From positions 1,344,001-1,408,000 of the forward strand of contig CP084166.1 in NCBI GenBank assembly GCA_021513695.1: a stretch of DNA of 64,000 nucleotides. The letters run 5' to 3'. The notes below the pieces were generated by a model. The model had not been told where the DNA came from, ran no database searches, and saw only the letters and a list, made by a program, of their open reading frames with translations. Positions 1-10,661 of the stretch are shown one piece after another (position 1 is the first letter of the stretch; each line of letters starts with the position of its first letter). Source of the stretch: Candidatus Heimdallarchaeum aukensis. Lineage in GTDB: Archaea; Asgardarchaeota; Heimdallarchaeia; Heimdallarchaeales; Heimdallarchaeaceae. The position numbers were made by a program, and so were the translations under genes.

Positions 1-514
1 CAACTATATCCCATGTTACGATACCTGTTTCAGGAAGATCAGGAGATTTAATGACCACGCGTTCATTTTTTGTGTTTGAAGGATAATATTTTGCATTTGG
101 TATCGAATTTTCTTTTACTTCTGTATTTAAGTTTCCACCTGTACGCCTATCTTGATGATCAATTACAGACAAATCAAAATCTGATCCTTTTGGCGTTTGA
201 AGAAAAATGACAATTTTTCCAATTCCCTCTGTTGCATTAATATCAAACGTGTGATAAGGTCCTGTTTGATGAACAGTAGTTATTTCTCCTCTGAAGGCAA
301 ATGTTTCTGCTGCACTTGGTATATAAACTGCACCAGAAAGTATCAAAAGGAGAGGTATAACCATCCAAATAATAAAGACAATAGAAACAATAGCAATAAT
401 CACATTAGTTGAAGGGTCTCTTAAAAGCTTTACATAAAGCGTGTCAATAATCTTTCTCTTTCTTTTTAGCTTTTTTCTTTCTGATTTTTTCTTATTTAAA
501 CTTAAAGTGGCCAT
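1..514 (-). CDS. Partial CDS. Start ATG is at 514-512 on the minus strand and the ORF runs off the window edge. Hypothetical N-terminally membrane-anchored protein (MATLSLNKKKSERKK... followed by a hydrophobic helix IIAIVSIVFIIWMVIPLLLILSG)
   Basis: My own translation of the reverse strand from 514. There is a long open frame with no stop before position 1. A basic N-terminus is followed by a TM helix. The ORF track does not list it because it is incomplete. Confidence 0.4.
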   Translation of the reverse strand, partial: MATLSLNKKKSERKKLKRKRKIIDTLYVKLLRDPSTNVIIAIVSIVFIIWMVIPLLLILSGAVYIPSAAETFAFRGEITTVHQTGPYHTFDINATEGIGKIVIFLQTPKGSDFDLSVIDHQDRRTGGNLNTEVKENSIPNAKYYPSNTKNERVVIKSPDLPETGIVTWDIV

Positions 515-585
515 TATGTAGTCTTTTTATTATGTCTTTTAATATTTTTCTCAAAGGAAGAAAAAAGAAATAAAATAGAAAAACT

Positions 586-2082
586 CTATCTTCGCTTCCT
601 TCTTAGTACAATAACAAGAGTTGCAAAACCAATAATTGAGAACAATGTTGATACAGGTGTTTTTGTAGGAGTTTCTGTTGTATTATCTTCTCCTGGAATT
701 CTACCGATTTCATCAATTATTGCATTATATTTTTGTTTAGCAAAATTCTTCCATTCACTTCTCTTTGCTGAAGCAAAGTTGGGGTCGGTTTGAAATTCAT
801 CATTCCATTCAATTGATTCGTTTAATGTCATTCCTACCTCAGTCAACTGAGCACTTAGCTCTTCAAATTTTTCTTGTGTAATATTACCGTCTTTTAGCCT
901 TAAAACCATTGATCCCCAAGCTTCTCTTAGAAGATCATGATTTGCTGTAATTGTTTCATGGAAATAGTAAATTGTTGTATCCAAGTTAGAAACTGCGAGT
1001 TCTTCATCAAAGACAATTCCTTCATTATCTAAAGTTTCATTATACAGTGCGTAAAGAGCTTGACCATTTTCAGTTTGACCAGCATCTGTGTGGAAAGCAG
1101 ATTCTAATACAGGTAACCTATCTAATCCCTCTGTAAACCAAACAGCTTGACCTTCTGGGGATTCTACAAATTTAATAAAAGCTTTTGCAGCTTCATAATC
1201 ATCAACATTAGCACCGAGAGCGATGGGATCACCATTGACAATTGATTGACCTTCTGGAATTATATATTCACAATTGGGATTTTCTCTCATTGCGATAACT
1301 CCATAAAAGTCTATTGTCATAGCAACTCCTACTTCACCATTAATAACAGCTGCACGAGTATCTACAGAACCAGGATAAATACCAGCATTAGCACCCATCT
1401 TGGTTATAATCGCCCATCCTTTTTCCCATCCAAATGCTTGAAGAATAATTTGGTAAATCCTTGTATTAGAAGTTGTTTCAGGTGGATCACCCATGCTTAT
1501 GGCTCGAACATCAGGGGAAACATAGAACTCGGGAGAAGCTAGTTCTTCCCATGTATGAGGAACTGGAAGACCTTTATCACTTAAAAATTGATGATTGACA
1601 GTGAAACCAAAGGAGGAAATTGCGGAAGCAACAAACAAAAGGTTGTTATCTTCATCCCACCACTTCATTGCAGCTCCTGCAATTCTATCAGGAACTGTTT
1701 CATTTAGATAGTTTAGTAAATCAGGGTCATCTATAGGTTTAAGAGCTTTATAATTGGCCATTGTACTAAATAAAGCTGGTCCTCCTCCCCAAGCTACATC
1801 TACACCCTTTGAGGCATCTTTGAGTAGACTTCTCCAACCATCATCAGTACTTACTGATTTAAAATCAATATCACTAATTCCTAGATTTTGAGCTTCTTCA
1901 GTAGCTAAGAATTTCTCCTTAAATTCATTTGTAATAGTTACGTCGTGTCTCGTAACAACTGTAAGAACGATATCGCCTTTCAAATCAGATTGATTATCTC
2001 TTGTTATATCTCCGTTAACTGCTGCAGTTGAGGATACAGCAATTAAAATAACGAGGATAAGAAAATTAATTTCTCTTTTCAT
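586..2082 (-). CDS. Extracellular solute-binding protein (ABC-transporter substrate-binding protein fold). It has an N-terminal signal peptide and a C-terminal TM anchor followed by RRKRR
   Basis: 498 aa. The hydrophobic N-terminus is MKREINFLILVILIAVSS. The length and composition are typical of a periplasmic-binding-protein fold. The C-terminus is ...TLFSIIGFATLVIVLRRKRR, which looks like an archaeal-type membrane anchor. No permease or ATPase partner is adjacent. Confidence 0.5.
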   Translation of the reverse strand: MKREINFLILVILIAVSSTAAVNGDITRDNQSDLKGDIVLTVVTRHDVTITNEFKEKFLATEEAQNLGISDIDFKSVSTDDGWRSLLKDASKGVDVAWGGGPALFSTMANYKALKPIDDPDLLNYLNETVPDRIAGAAMKWWDEDNNLLFVASAISSFGFTVNHQFLSDKGLPVPHTWEELASPEFYVSPDVRAISMGDPPETTSNTRIYQIILQAFGWEKGWAIITKMGANAGIYPGSVDTRAAVINGEVGVAMTIDFYGVIAMRENPNCEYIIPEGQSIVNGDPIALGANVDDYEAAKAFIKFVESPEGQAVWFTEGLDRLPVLESAFHTDAGQTENGQALYALYNETLDNEGIVFDEELAVSNLDTTIYYFHETITANHDLLREAWGSMVLRLKDGNITQEKFEELSAQLTEVGMTLNESIEWNDEFQTDPNFASAKRSEWKNFAKQKYNAIIDEIGRIPGEDNTTETPTKTPVSTLFSIIGFATLVIVLRRKRR

Positions 2083-2260
2083 AATAATACCTTCTTTTTT
2101 TTTAGTTATTATAACAATCGACCAAACTCTTTAAATCTTTTTGTTATCTTATGGTGATAATTTAATAATACTTGAAAAATTTAAATTAAAAGAATTTTAT
2201 TTCAAGTAAGTTTTGTATATAGAAAAAAATATTAAATGAGTATATAAAGAAAGTTAAAAG

Positions 2261-3838
2261 ATGATAATAATGAAAAAACAAGTAATTTCACTTATTTCAT
2301 TACTACTAATTTTTAGTATGATTCATTCAAATTACTCTGTTAGTTATACTTCAACTGATAGAGATTTAGAAATAATAAACTCTGAAACTAAAGAAATGCC
2401 TAGTTACAACAAAGTTGTTTTCATAACATGGGATGGTGTTCGAGAAAAATGGTTTGAAGAACTTACAGCTGACAATACCTTGGGAAATGCTAGTAAAGTT
2501 GTTCAATTAGGTCATCTACAAAAAGTAAGGATTACCACCCATATAACTTCAACAGACCCAGGATTGAGTACTATGGAAACTGGATACGGTGACGCTATTC
2601 ATGGAATATCAGCAAATCAATTCGGCCCTGGCTCTCCTAAATTAAGCATCCCTGATGGACTAACAACAACAGAAAGGTTGAAAGCTGCTTTTGGAGATAA
2701 TATTAAAACAGGAATGTTCTTGCCTTGGTCTTTTCACCAAATAAACGAAGAATATATGATGCAAGAAGGAAATTATACCGATACTATTTTTGCAAATATA
2801 AAAATTGGTGTAGATGTAGATTATTGGTTTGCTTCTGAAAATTTAAGTTGGACACCAGATGATAATGAATCTCTTAGAGCAATATATGAGGGATACTCCA
2901 ACGATAATCATGGTTTTCATCCTGATGTAGGTATGTTTTCAGATCCTTTGATTAAAAGCTCGTATCTTGCTGAGCAGATAACCAAATTCTTGGATTTATA
3001 TGCAGATGATTCTTTCTATATAAGAACTCACTTCACAGAACCAGATACAGTTGGACATGGATATTTCGAATCAAAAGATGGAGTCATAACACCAGAATAC
3101 AAAACTGCACTGATACAGTGTGACGAGGCATTAGGAATCATATTAAATAAACTTGAAGAAGAAGGAATTTTAGAAGATACATTAGTTATTGTTGGAACAG
3201 ACCATGGTTTCTATAAAGAGTCTCACGATGGAGAACCTTGGCCTAATGGAAAAATAGCAGTCACTCAACAGGTTTTTGCAATAAGTAAGAATGATGTTAA
3301 GACCAGTCAGGATATTGCAATTGCTCAAATGGACATTGCTCCCACAATACTATCAGTTTTAGGAGTGGATATTTCTACTTTGACTCCTGCGTACACAGGA
3401 GAAGATGAAACAGGAATACCTATCTGGGATAAAATTGATGATGATGCACCTAGATTAATTAAAGTTCAATATCAACTAGAAACACAATACATTCCTAGAG
3501 ATTTCGAAAACGGTTCTAAAATTAATGAACCATTTGATCTATACTTACAAATAAATGAATGGAGTGACATCAAAGCAGTTTCTATGAAAACTGAAGATGA
3601 CAAAATAATCGAACCTTCATCGATATCGAATACTCAAATAATCTGGGAAAAACTAGACAAGAGTGTGCTTGGAGGAGGTTCTCATAGTTTAGTCGTTACA
3701 ATTACAGATGAGTTCGATTTGACTACTCAAATAACTATAAACATTAATGCTGGAGGAGTTAGTTATAGCTGGTTCTATTCAGTTATTGCTTTGTCCCTAG
3801 TTGCTATTCCAATACTTGTAAAGAGATACAAAAAATAA
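2261..3838 (+). CDS. Secreted alkaline-phosphatase-superfamily enzyme (type I phosphodiesterase / nucleotide pyrophosphatase-like) with a C-terminal TM anchor
   Basis: 525 aa. Signal peptide. The FITWDG...R segment is early and GTDHGF is a metal-ligand-like motif typical of the AlkP/ENPP core. C-terminal anchor SWFYSVIALSLVAIPILVKRYKK. Many NxS/T sequons. Confidence 0.55.
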   Translation: MIIMKKQVISLISLLLIFSMIHSNYSVSYTSTDRDLEIINSETKEMPSYNKVVFITWDGVREKWFEELTADNTLGNASKVVQLGHLQKVRITTHITSTDPGLSTMETGYGDAIHGISANQFGPGSPKLSIPDGLTTTERLKAAFGDNIKTGMFLPWSFHQINEEYMMQEGNYTDTIFANIKIGVDVDYWFASENLSWTPDDNESLRAIYEGYSNDNHGFHPDVGMFSDPLIKSSYLAEQITKFLDLYADDSFYIRTHFTEPDTVGHGYFESKDGVITPEYKTALIQCDEALGIILNKLEEEGILEDTLVIVGTDHGFYKESHDGEPWPNGKIAVTQQVFAISKNDVKTSQDIAIAQMDIAPTILSVLGVDISTLTPAYTGEDETGIPIWDKIDDDAPRLIKVQYQLETQYIPRDFENGSKINEPFDLYLQINEWSDIKAVSMKTEDDKIIEPSSISNTQIIWEKLDKSVLGGGSHSLVVTITDEFDLTTQITININAGGVSYSWFYSVIALSLVAIPILVKRYKK

Positions 3839-3850
3839 CAAATAATTCTC

Positions 3851-3858
3851 TTTTTTTT
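3851..3858. terminator. Oligo-T/oligo-A tract between convergent genes. Candidate bidirectional archaeal terminator
   Basis: A T8 run lies immediately between the stop of the + gene (3838) and the stop of the - gene (3857). Confidence 0.3.
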
Positions 3859-4300
3859 AAATTTGTCCCCAAGAAATAAATTTTCCATCTTTTCTCTTAA
3901 CTAAAACAGAGCCAAATTTTCTCCATTGCTCTTCTCTAAATCTAATAATTTGGTAGTCGTCTGGTGTAGTTTTCTTTTTTAGTTGAAGTAGTTCTGAAAG
4001 CGAGAGTTTTTTCTCATAAAAAAGCCGAGTAATATATTTCCCTTCTTTCTCTCCCAGATCCACTTCTTTTGCGATGTTTAACAAATGTAAAACAGGAAGG
4101 TTAGAAAAAAGAGATGAGTGAGAAGAAGTATATACAGAACCTGGACATATAGGTTCATTTTTGTATTCCTCCACGCATTTCTCACAGAAAATTAATTGGC
4201 ATCCGTTACATATTTTCCATTGTTCAAGTACAGCCTCTTTTAGTGGAGATTGGTTTTTACAAAACGCACATTGGACATAATAATCTAAAATATTAGTCAC
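3857..4300 (-). CDS. Cysteine-rich zinc-finger protein (C-x2-C ... C-x2-C-x4-C-x2-C ... C), co-oriented with the smc operon and overlapping it
   Basis: 147 aa with YYVQCAFCKNQ...WKICNGCQLIFCEKCVEEYKNEPICPGS. Its start overlaps the stop of the upstream ScpB-like gene by 4 nt. Confidence 0.4.
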   Translation of the reverse strand: MTNILDYYVQCAFCKNQSPLKEAVLEQWKICNGCQLIFCEKCVEEYKNEPICPGSVYTSSHSSLFSNLPVLHLLNIAKEVDLGEKEGKYITRLFYEKKLSLSELLQLKKKTTPDDYQIIRFREEQWRKFGSVLVKRKDGKFISWGQI

Positions 4301-4875
4301 AGTTTCTCATACTCCTCTTTAATTTTTATTCTTTCATCTTCATCAAACTCAAGGAGAGTTCTATAGTTATAATCTATAAAATTTGATTTTTTTCTAATAT
4401 AACCTTTATATGTAAGAGATCTTATGCTTTCATTTACTAAATACTCCTTGAGATAATCATTAGATGTTAAGAACTCTTTAATTTTTTTAGTCGTTATCTT
4501 TTTCTCTGATTCTCTTAAACCTATTATTACTCCCAAAACAGTTAATTCTGCTTCATTTAATTCTGGAGGAGCAAAATAGTTGGATTTTAGGCATAACCAG
4601 GTTTCAACACCTATTTTGTAATAAACTAATTCTAGCCCCAGAATTGAAATAAAAGCTTGATACTCTTCTAGAATGTGTTCAAGTGTTGCTATGTCGACTC
4701 TGGTTACTATTAATAGATCTTGTTGAGAAACGCCAAAAACTTCAACATTATCTTTAATCCATCGTCTGGTTAATATCGTTGTTAATTCTCTAAAAAGTTC
4801 TTGCCGTTCTTTATCTGTAATTAATGGAGATAATTTTTGTTCTTTATCTGTATTATTGTTTTCCATTTTATTCAT
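4297..4875 (-). CDS. ScpB-like candidate (tandem winged-helix protein) downstream of smc and the kleisin-like gene
   Basis: 192 aa. Its position is third in the smc operon, with overlapping start and stop codons. It is predicted to be two winged-helix-like halves. The assignment is positional plus weak pattern similarity. Confidence 0.35.
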   Translation of the reverse strand: MNKMENNNTDKEQKLSPLITDKERQELFRELTTILTRRWIKDNVEVFGVSQQDLLIVTRVDIATLEHILEEYQAFISILGLELVYYKIGVETWLCLKSNYFAPPELNEAELTVLGVIIGLRESEKKITTKKIKEFLTSNDYLKEYLVNESIRSLTYKGYIRKKSNFIDYNYRTLLEFDEDERIKIKEEYEKL

Positions 4876-5563
4876 CTTCTTCTTTTTTTGATGATAAAAG
4901 GAGTGAACTTGACATCACAGCTCCCTCTTCAGATGAGGGTTTACAAAAACATATCTTATCTCCATCAGAGACAGCAATTAGTTTCTTTTCAGATGTCATC
5001 TTTGAAAGCACTTCCAATTCTATGGAACTCAATAACTTTTCGAGTTCACTTTTTCTCATTTCTTTATTCAACAATTTTTCTTCTACTTGTTTTTCTAAAC
5101 TCATAAGATCACCATAAGTTAATATTTCAGACTCAAGCTTTTTGTCTCGTCTTATATCCCAGAAATCGTATTTTTCATCAATTTTGGGTTTAATTGTCAG
5201 TTTTTCTGGTTTCTCAAGTTGAAATATAGAATAGGGGGATGTCTTTTTTCCTATTACAGAAATTAAAGGAGTGGCATTTTTTCTTACAAAATTAGAAAAA
5301 GACTTTATCCTACTTTTACTTTTCAGAATGTTTTCTAAATTAAGTTCTTCTCTAAGTTCATGCATTAAAATATAGTCTTCATAAACCTCTGCATCCAATA
5401 TTTTTTCTCTGTTTTGCATTAGATATTGATAAATGTCAGAAGTTTGTTCTCTATCCTTTTCTGACTCTTCAACAGATAATGAAATCTTCTTTTTTAATAA
5501 TTTCTTGTATTTTTTTTCAATTTCAAAAAGTGTAAGCAAGAGAACATCATAGTCTTCTTCCAT
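4868..5563 (-). CDS. Kleisin (ScpA)-like candidate immediately downstream of smc
   Basis: 231 aa. Its start overlaps the smc stop at the single base 5563. It is charged and helical. There is no strong motif and the call is mainly by synteny. Confidence 0.3.
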   Translation of the reverse strand: MEEDYDVLLLTLFEIEKKYKKLLKKKISLSVEESEKDREQTSDIYQYLMQNREKILDAEVYEDYILMHELREELNLENILKSKSRIKSFSNFVRKNATPLISVIGKKTSPYSIFQLEKPEKLTIKPKIDEKYDFWDIRRDKKLESEILTYGDLMSLEKQVEEKLLNKEMRKSELEKLLSSIELEVLSKMTSEKKLIAVSDGDKICFCKPSSEEGAVMSSSLLLSSKKEEDE

Positions 5564-8541
5564 TATTTTCGCACCTTTGTTTCTATCAGAACATTATGAT
5601 TAAAATCCTCATTTAATTTCACATCTTCAATTCCAGGACTGATTAAAATAAACTGAGGGACAATCAATCTATTTTGTTTTGCAAGAAGGTAAACAGAATA
5701 AGCTACCGAGAAGGCATAAGCTCTGTTTTTTTTATCTAACTTTTGAGTAAATTCATCAATTACATGTAAAGGAGAATGACTAATTAGATGTAAAGAGAGA
5801 ATAATAGCTTGAGCAATAAGTGTTTTTTCACCACCGGACAGTTGTCGATAATTTAAGTTTTTATTTTTGGTTTTTGCTGAAATAATCAAGCTAGCTTCTT
5901 TTTCGTTTTTATAATTAGTAATTGAGATAGAGATTTCTTCAAATACTTCACTTAACAAATTTTTGAGAGAACCATTCAAGTGATCTACAATCTTTTGTAA
6001 GGCACTTGTCCATTGATCTAATCTTTTTTCTATATCAATTCTTAAATTCTCCAAATGTTTATTTCCTTTCTCAATTAACTCTTCAAGTTTTTCTACTCTA
6101 ATTCGTTGAGAATTAATTGTTTCTGTGCTTATATTTGTTTGAATTTGGATATACGACAGTTGCCCTTTTATCTCATGAACCTCTGAAGCAATAAGCTCCC
6201 GTTCATCTCTTATTGTATCAGGACGATCACCTATTTCTTCAATCTGTTTTTTGAGTTCATCGATAGTTTCTTGAAGACTTGGAAGTTCTGCATTCAATTT
6301 GTTAAGAGTTGTAAGTAAATTCTTTTTATTTCTTCTATATTCTTGTATCTCGTTCTCTAAATTATCCAACTGATTGCGTGTTGTAAAATGAGCTTTAGAT
6401 AACTTGTCTATCTTTTCCAGAAGAGAATTAAGTTTAGTATCGTATTCATTTAATTCTTCTTGAATTTTTTCAATTAATTCCTCTTCTTCTCTAATTTCTT
6501 CTTCTAATTTTTCTTTTTCCATAAATAAATTTGTTAACTCGGTGGATACATCTGATTTTCTAGCAAATAAAAATAAGTCATTATCTATTTCTCTTTTTTT
6601 AGTTAACAGCTCCCCCCTTTTTGAATTAAGTGAAAATTTCTCTCTAATCAACTGCTCTTTTCTAGCTTCTATTTTGGATATTTTCTCCCTTAAAATTTCT
6701 GTAGATTTATAAGATTTTAAATCACTACCAAGCTTTACTCCTAAAACAGGAGGAGGGTTAGAAAAAGCTTCTCTTGAAAGGTAATAACTTTTACAATCAC
6801 TTGTTAAAATATTTGATTTATATTGTTTGGCATAATCAGTGAGAAGATTTGCGCCAATTGTTGAATCAGCTATAATCGTCTTCCTGAACTTTTTGAGATA
6901 CTCTAATACTTGATAAGGAGCATCAATTAGATTAACTGCATAGTCAATTATTCCTGTTTTTTTACCACTAATTTCTAACTTTCTTTTATAATAGTCAGGT
7001 TTTGGTCCTTCTTGCTCCAAAACTCTTCCCACAGTTAGTTTAATTGTTCTATTTTGCGTTATCCTAATTTGGTCAAAGATTTCTTTTGCTTTTTCATATG
7101 CTTCATAACTTATAGCTACAAAATCAAATAACGAATAACTTATAGCTGTTTTTATTGCTTTTTCATATTTTTCAAATCCTTCTTTTATTGATACAACTTG
7201 ATAAATAGGACCTATAATTTCATTGGAATATTTTGATTGATCAACCTTATCTCTAAACAGTTTACAATCATCTAATCTTCGTCGTTCCTCTTGCTTTAAG
7301 TTACCTAAAAAAAATGAACGTTCATCTATTATATTTTGAGTTCTTTCTTTTTCTTTTTCTAATGTTTGAATGATATTGTTTATTTCACTAATTCGTGTAT
7401 CAACATCTTCAATCTCAGTCTTTATTTTATTAAGTTGATCTTGAAGTTGTTGTTTAGTTTTAAGACCTTCTTCACTTGTAAATAATTCTAATTTTTTCTC
7501 TCTTTTCTCAATTTCAAAAATCCTATCATATTTGCTTTGGACCAATCTCCTTTTTTCTTCTAACATTCCTTTTTTATAGGTTGATTCAGACCTTAGAGAA
7601 TTAATCGATTTATTTAATTGTTCCTCTTCTTCCTTTATTTTATTAAATTGAATTAGAATAGAGTCCTTTTCTTTTTGTAACTTCATCTCTTTCTCTTGGT
7701 AGGACTTAAATTTATTATTGACTTTCTCTGTTTCTTTTAAATGATTTTGATACACTCGCTCTGCTTCTTCAAAGTCATACCATGTCAATTCTCTTGTAAC
7801 CACTTCGAGTCTTTGAATCAAATTATTTTTCTTTGTAATTAAGTCATAATCTTTTTCCATTTGTTGAAGCTTACTTCTTTCCTTTTCTAGTTGCATAACT
7901 AGAGGAGAATGTTCTCGTTGCATTTGATTTAACTTTTTCTTTGATTCAAAATATGATTGATAGATTTCATTTAGGCCTGTAGCAACAAGTAAAGTTTCTA
8001 GTTTTTTATGTGGAGAACCTTCAGCAAAAGCGTTTAAATATCCTTCTTCTGTGAAATTTAACATCGTATCTTCAAATATTCCTATTTGTTTCATGAGTGC
8101 TTGGATTTGTCTCTTTGTTACTATTCTTGAGCTTCCATCCAATGCCTTTATTTTCCTTACAGATTGATTTTTTTTAATTTCAAGCTCCACAATAAAAGAA
8201 TCCCTATTATTTACAAAAAGTTCAATATCTGGATCAGAAGATTGAAAAGGTCTCCTTTCACCCAACAAAGGGTTTGAAATGAAAAGTTGAATAACGGCAG
8301 AATCTCCAAAAGAACCAATTAATTCTTCTTTCTTACCGAGAGCTACTCTTGTGGGTGTATGCCCAATTACTAAAATTAAAGCTTCTAAAATTTGGCTTTT
8401 CCCGCTCCCATTAGCACCAGAAATGACAATTAACGGTTTTTCCATTAAATCTAATTCAGTATACTTATGCATTTTGAAATTTTTAATTACCAGTTTGTTG
8501 AAAACATACTTATTAGAACTTTCTGAATCAATAATTGTCAT
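5563..8541 (-). CDS. smc: SMC-family chromosome segregation ATPase (short, 992 aa) with Walker A, coiled coils, a hinge-like segment and a C-terminal signature/Walker B
   Basis: N-terminal Walker A is GANGSGKSQILEAL. Long heptad-rich K/E/L coiled-coil regions. The central hinge-like segment is IIGPIYQVVSIKEGFEKYEKAIKTAISYSLFDFVAISYEAYEKAKE. The C-terminus has LSGGEKTLIAQAIILSL followed by HVIDEF. Confidence 0.8.
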   Translation of the reverse strand: MTIIDSESSNKYVFNKLVIKNFKMHKYTELDLMEKPLIVISGANGSGKSQILEALILVIGHTPTRVALGKKEELIGSFGDSAVIQLFISNPLLGERRPFQSSDPDIELFVNNRDSFIVELEIKKNQSVRKIKALDGSSRIVTKRQIQALMKQIGIFEDTMLNFTEEGYLNAFAEGSPHKKLETLLVATGLNEIYQSYFESKKKLNQMQREHSPLVMQLEKERSKLQQMEKDYDLITKKNNLIQRLEVVTRELTWYDFEEAERVYQNHLKETEKVNNKFKSYQEKEMKLQKEKDSILIQFNKIKEEEEQLNKSINSLRSESTYKKGMLEEKRRLVQSKYDRIFEIEKREKKLELFTSEEGLKTKQQLQDQLNKIKTEIEDVDTRISEINNIIQTLEKEKERTQNIIDERSFFLGNLKQEERRRLDDCKLFRDKVDQSKYSNEIIGPIYQVVSIKEGFEKYEKAIKTAISYSLFDFVAISYEAYEKAKEIFDQIRITQNRTIKLTVGRVLEQEGPKPDYYKRKLEISGKKTGIIDYAVNLIDAPYQVLEYLKKFRKTIIADSTIGANLLTDYAKQYKSNILTSDCKSYYLSREAFSNPPPVLGVKLGSDLKSYKSTEILREKISKIEARKEQLIREKFSLNSKRGELLTKKREIDNDLFLFARKSDVSTELTNLFMEKEKLEEEIREEEELIEKIQEELNEYDTKLNSLLEKIDKLSKAHFTTRNQLDNLENEIQEYRRNKKNLLTTLNKLNAELPSLQETIDELKKQIEEIGDRPDTIRDERELIASEVHEIKGQLSYIQIQTNISTETINSQRIRVEKLEELIEKGNKHLENLRIDIEKRLDQWTSALQKIVDHLNGSLKNLLSEVFEEISISITNYKNEKEASLIISAKTKNKNLNYRQLSGGEKTLIAQAIILSLHLISHSPLHVIDEFTQKLDKKNRAYAFSVAYSVYLLAKQNRLIVPQFILISPGIEDVKLNEDFNHNVLIETKVRK

Positions 8542-10661
8542 AGTGGTATAATAGTAATATAGGTTATGCTATATAAACAATTCAATTTTCTCAAAAAATT
8601 ATAAAAAATTTAGAAAATCTAACAATAAAAAAAAGAAAAAAAGCTAAAATTTTAGAATTTAAATTTTAAACTTCTTTTTGATAGTGATTATAGTAGCAAC
8701 AACTAGGATTGAACTTAGAGAGACATATACTAGATCAAGTGATCCTATTCTTCGTGTTTTGTCTTGTCCACCAGTGTAAATGTCTGCTCCAGCACTTGAA
8801 CCAGTTGAGGTAGATTCACCATAATCTTCCCATGTATCTGCTTCTTGTGTTGTACCATCCATGTTCAATAGTACTGCAGAGGTTTCTCCTCCGCCACCAT
8901 TTTCACCTAGTTCATTTTCAAATCTACTGTCATAAATAACTTGAGCTCCAGGTAAGAAACATCCATTACTGGTGAGGAACATCCAATGCATGGTAATCGT
9001 TACAGTTTCATCAGGAGCAAGTGTTATACCTTCAAATTTTATTAATCCCATTCCTAAATAAGTTGTATTTGAAGTGGTACCTTCAGTTGTAACTTGGAAC
9101 ATTAATTCAAGTTCAGAAACATTGTAGTATTGAATGACAGTGATATGTGTTTCTGATTCACCAATGTTGGTAATAACAAGTTCTACTTCCAACTCCCAAG
9201 GAGCGTTTTCAGGAATAATGATATCAACATTTGTAACTATATCAAGTATTGGTTGTGGGAATGCTGGTTCCATTGCAGCTTCTTTAGGTAGCAATAAAGC
9301 CCAAGCCATGTTTGAAATAACTATTTCATGAGCTTCAGCTGCTCCTTCGAAGTAACCTACTTCATGAGTGAATGGGTTAACTACTTCTGCAGGACCTTGT
9401 CCTTCATCACTGATGAATTCTACAACAGCATAAACAGGGTGGATGCCTAAGAAAGTGTTTGCTTCAACTTCTACTTCGAATGTAACTTTTTCTCCAACAG
9501 CAACAGTACCTATTTCCTCTGTGTAGAATAGATCAGGATTTACTATTTGCCAAGTTCTATCCATAGCTCCATGGAATAGATAGAGTTTCACATTTGTAGC
9601 ATCAATGTTTCCTGTATTTTCAATATATCCAGTGATTGTAACATTATCTCCGACTTGGTAAGCTAGTTGATCTAACTCTACGTATGTGTTAAGTACAGCT
9701 TCATCGTCTGCAATCTGGAAGTTTATTCCATTACTGAATCCGAAGTACTCAAATCCTTCAGGATCGTTATACTTGAATCTTGCTCCAGCAGAAATCCAGA
9801 TATCTTCAGCATAGTCATAGAAACTGATGGGACGACCATAGGCGATTTGTCCAGCCCAATCAGAGAAACCTAGAATAACTCTCATAAGCTCATAGAAATC
9901 ATGTAATTCTGTTGTTAATCCTGCTGCTTTTGTTCCATCTCCATTGTCAATTGGATGTATGTACATCGAACCTAAAACCCAATTTTCATTAGGAATGTTT
10001 TCTAAAGCCCAACTAACTTGAGTCCAACTGTCAGGGTCTAAATTCTCTATTGTTGTCTCAAGATAATATTGAGTAACTATTTCTGTTCCAACAGTGACAT
10101 TTACTGGAACAATCTCAAAGTCCATTCCATTAAAGTCAAAAATTGTTTGGTTTTGATATAGTAAGTTGAACAGGTCTTTTGCTGCATTATCAATTCCATT
10201 TTTTAATTTATCCTTATAGTCTTCAAAAAGTGCATCCCAATCACCATTGTAGTCAGATATGGATATATTTGCTAGGAATTGAGTTGCTCTGTTTACCAAT
10301 ATGTTGCTTAATCCTTTAGACGAATTAAGTTTTACTTCAGTACTAACAGTATAAGATAAACTACCATATTGAATGGTTGTTGTTTCTGTTTTGACTGTTG
10401 CTTCAGTGATAGTTGGATCAATATCAACTAAGGAACCGTTATCATAAACATACCAACCTTCCAGTACCATCATTGTCTGGTTGTAGTTTTGGTATTCTTC
10501 TCCATCAACAGTAATTATTATACTAATATCTACAGGAATGTATTCGCTTTCATTGACGGTTACATCATCTCTCAATCTAAATATCGATGGAAGGTGACTG
10601 TAGAATTTCATGAAATCGCGACCTAGTGGATAGCTTATTGTAATGTTCTTTGCAGGTTCAG
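7924..10661. repeat. Tandem direct repeat, copy 1 (unit about 2738 bp). It contains the 5' 615 nt of smc, the smc/surface-protein intergenic region and the 3' about 2 kb of the surface-protein gene
   Basis: Base-by-base comparison with 10662-13400 shows identity throughout. The one exception is a poly-A length difference (A8 near 8611-8618 versus A7 at the corresponding site near 11349-11355). The ORF track confirms this: the 650 aa ORF equals the C-terminus of the 1015 aa ORF, and the 214 aa ORF shares its first 205 aa with SMC. Confidence 0.9.
8659..10611 (-). pseudogene. Truncated duplicate of the surface glycoprotein. It is the C-terminal 650 aa starting at an internal Met, has no signal peptide and keeps the C-terminal TM anchor
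   Basis: Identical in sequence to the C-terminal 650 aa of the 1015 aa ORF at 11396..14443. It lies inside repeat copy 1 and the upstream part of the gene is replaced by the duplication junction. Confidence 0.55.

Noticed and set aside
197-412. 71 aa plus-strand ORF near the window start
   Set aside because: It lies antisense inside a longer minus-strand open frame (1-514) that has a convincing membrane-anchor N-terminus. It is Cys/Asn-rich junk translation.
4824-5117. Overlapping small plus-strand ORFs (97 aa and 89 aa) at the scpA/scpB-like junction
   Set aside because: They are antisense to well-supported operon genes, hydrophobic and low-complexity. They are likely non-coding.
8351-8551. 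A pair of identical 66 aa plus-strand ORFs (8351-8551 and 11089-11289) that looks like a duplicated small gene
   Set aside because: Both are antisense to the smc N-terminus and to its duplicated fragment. Their identity is simply a consequence of the tandem repeat, and the sequence is low-complexity antisense translation. The same holds for 9134-9331 and 11871-12068.
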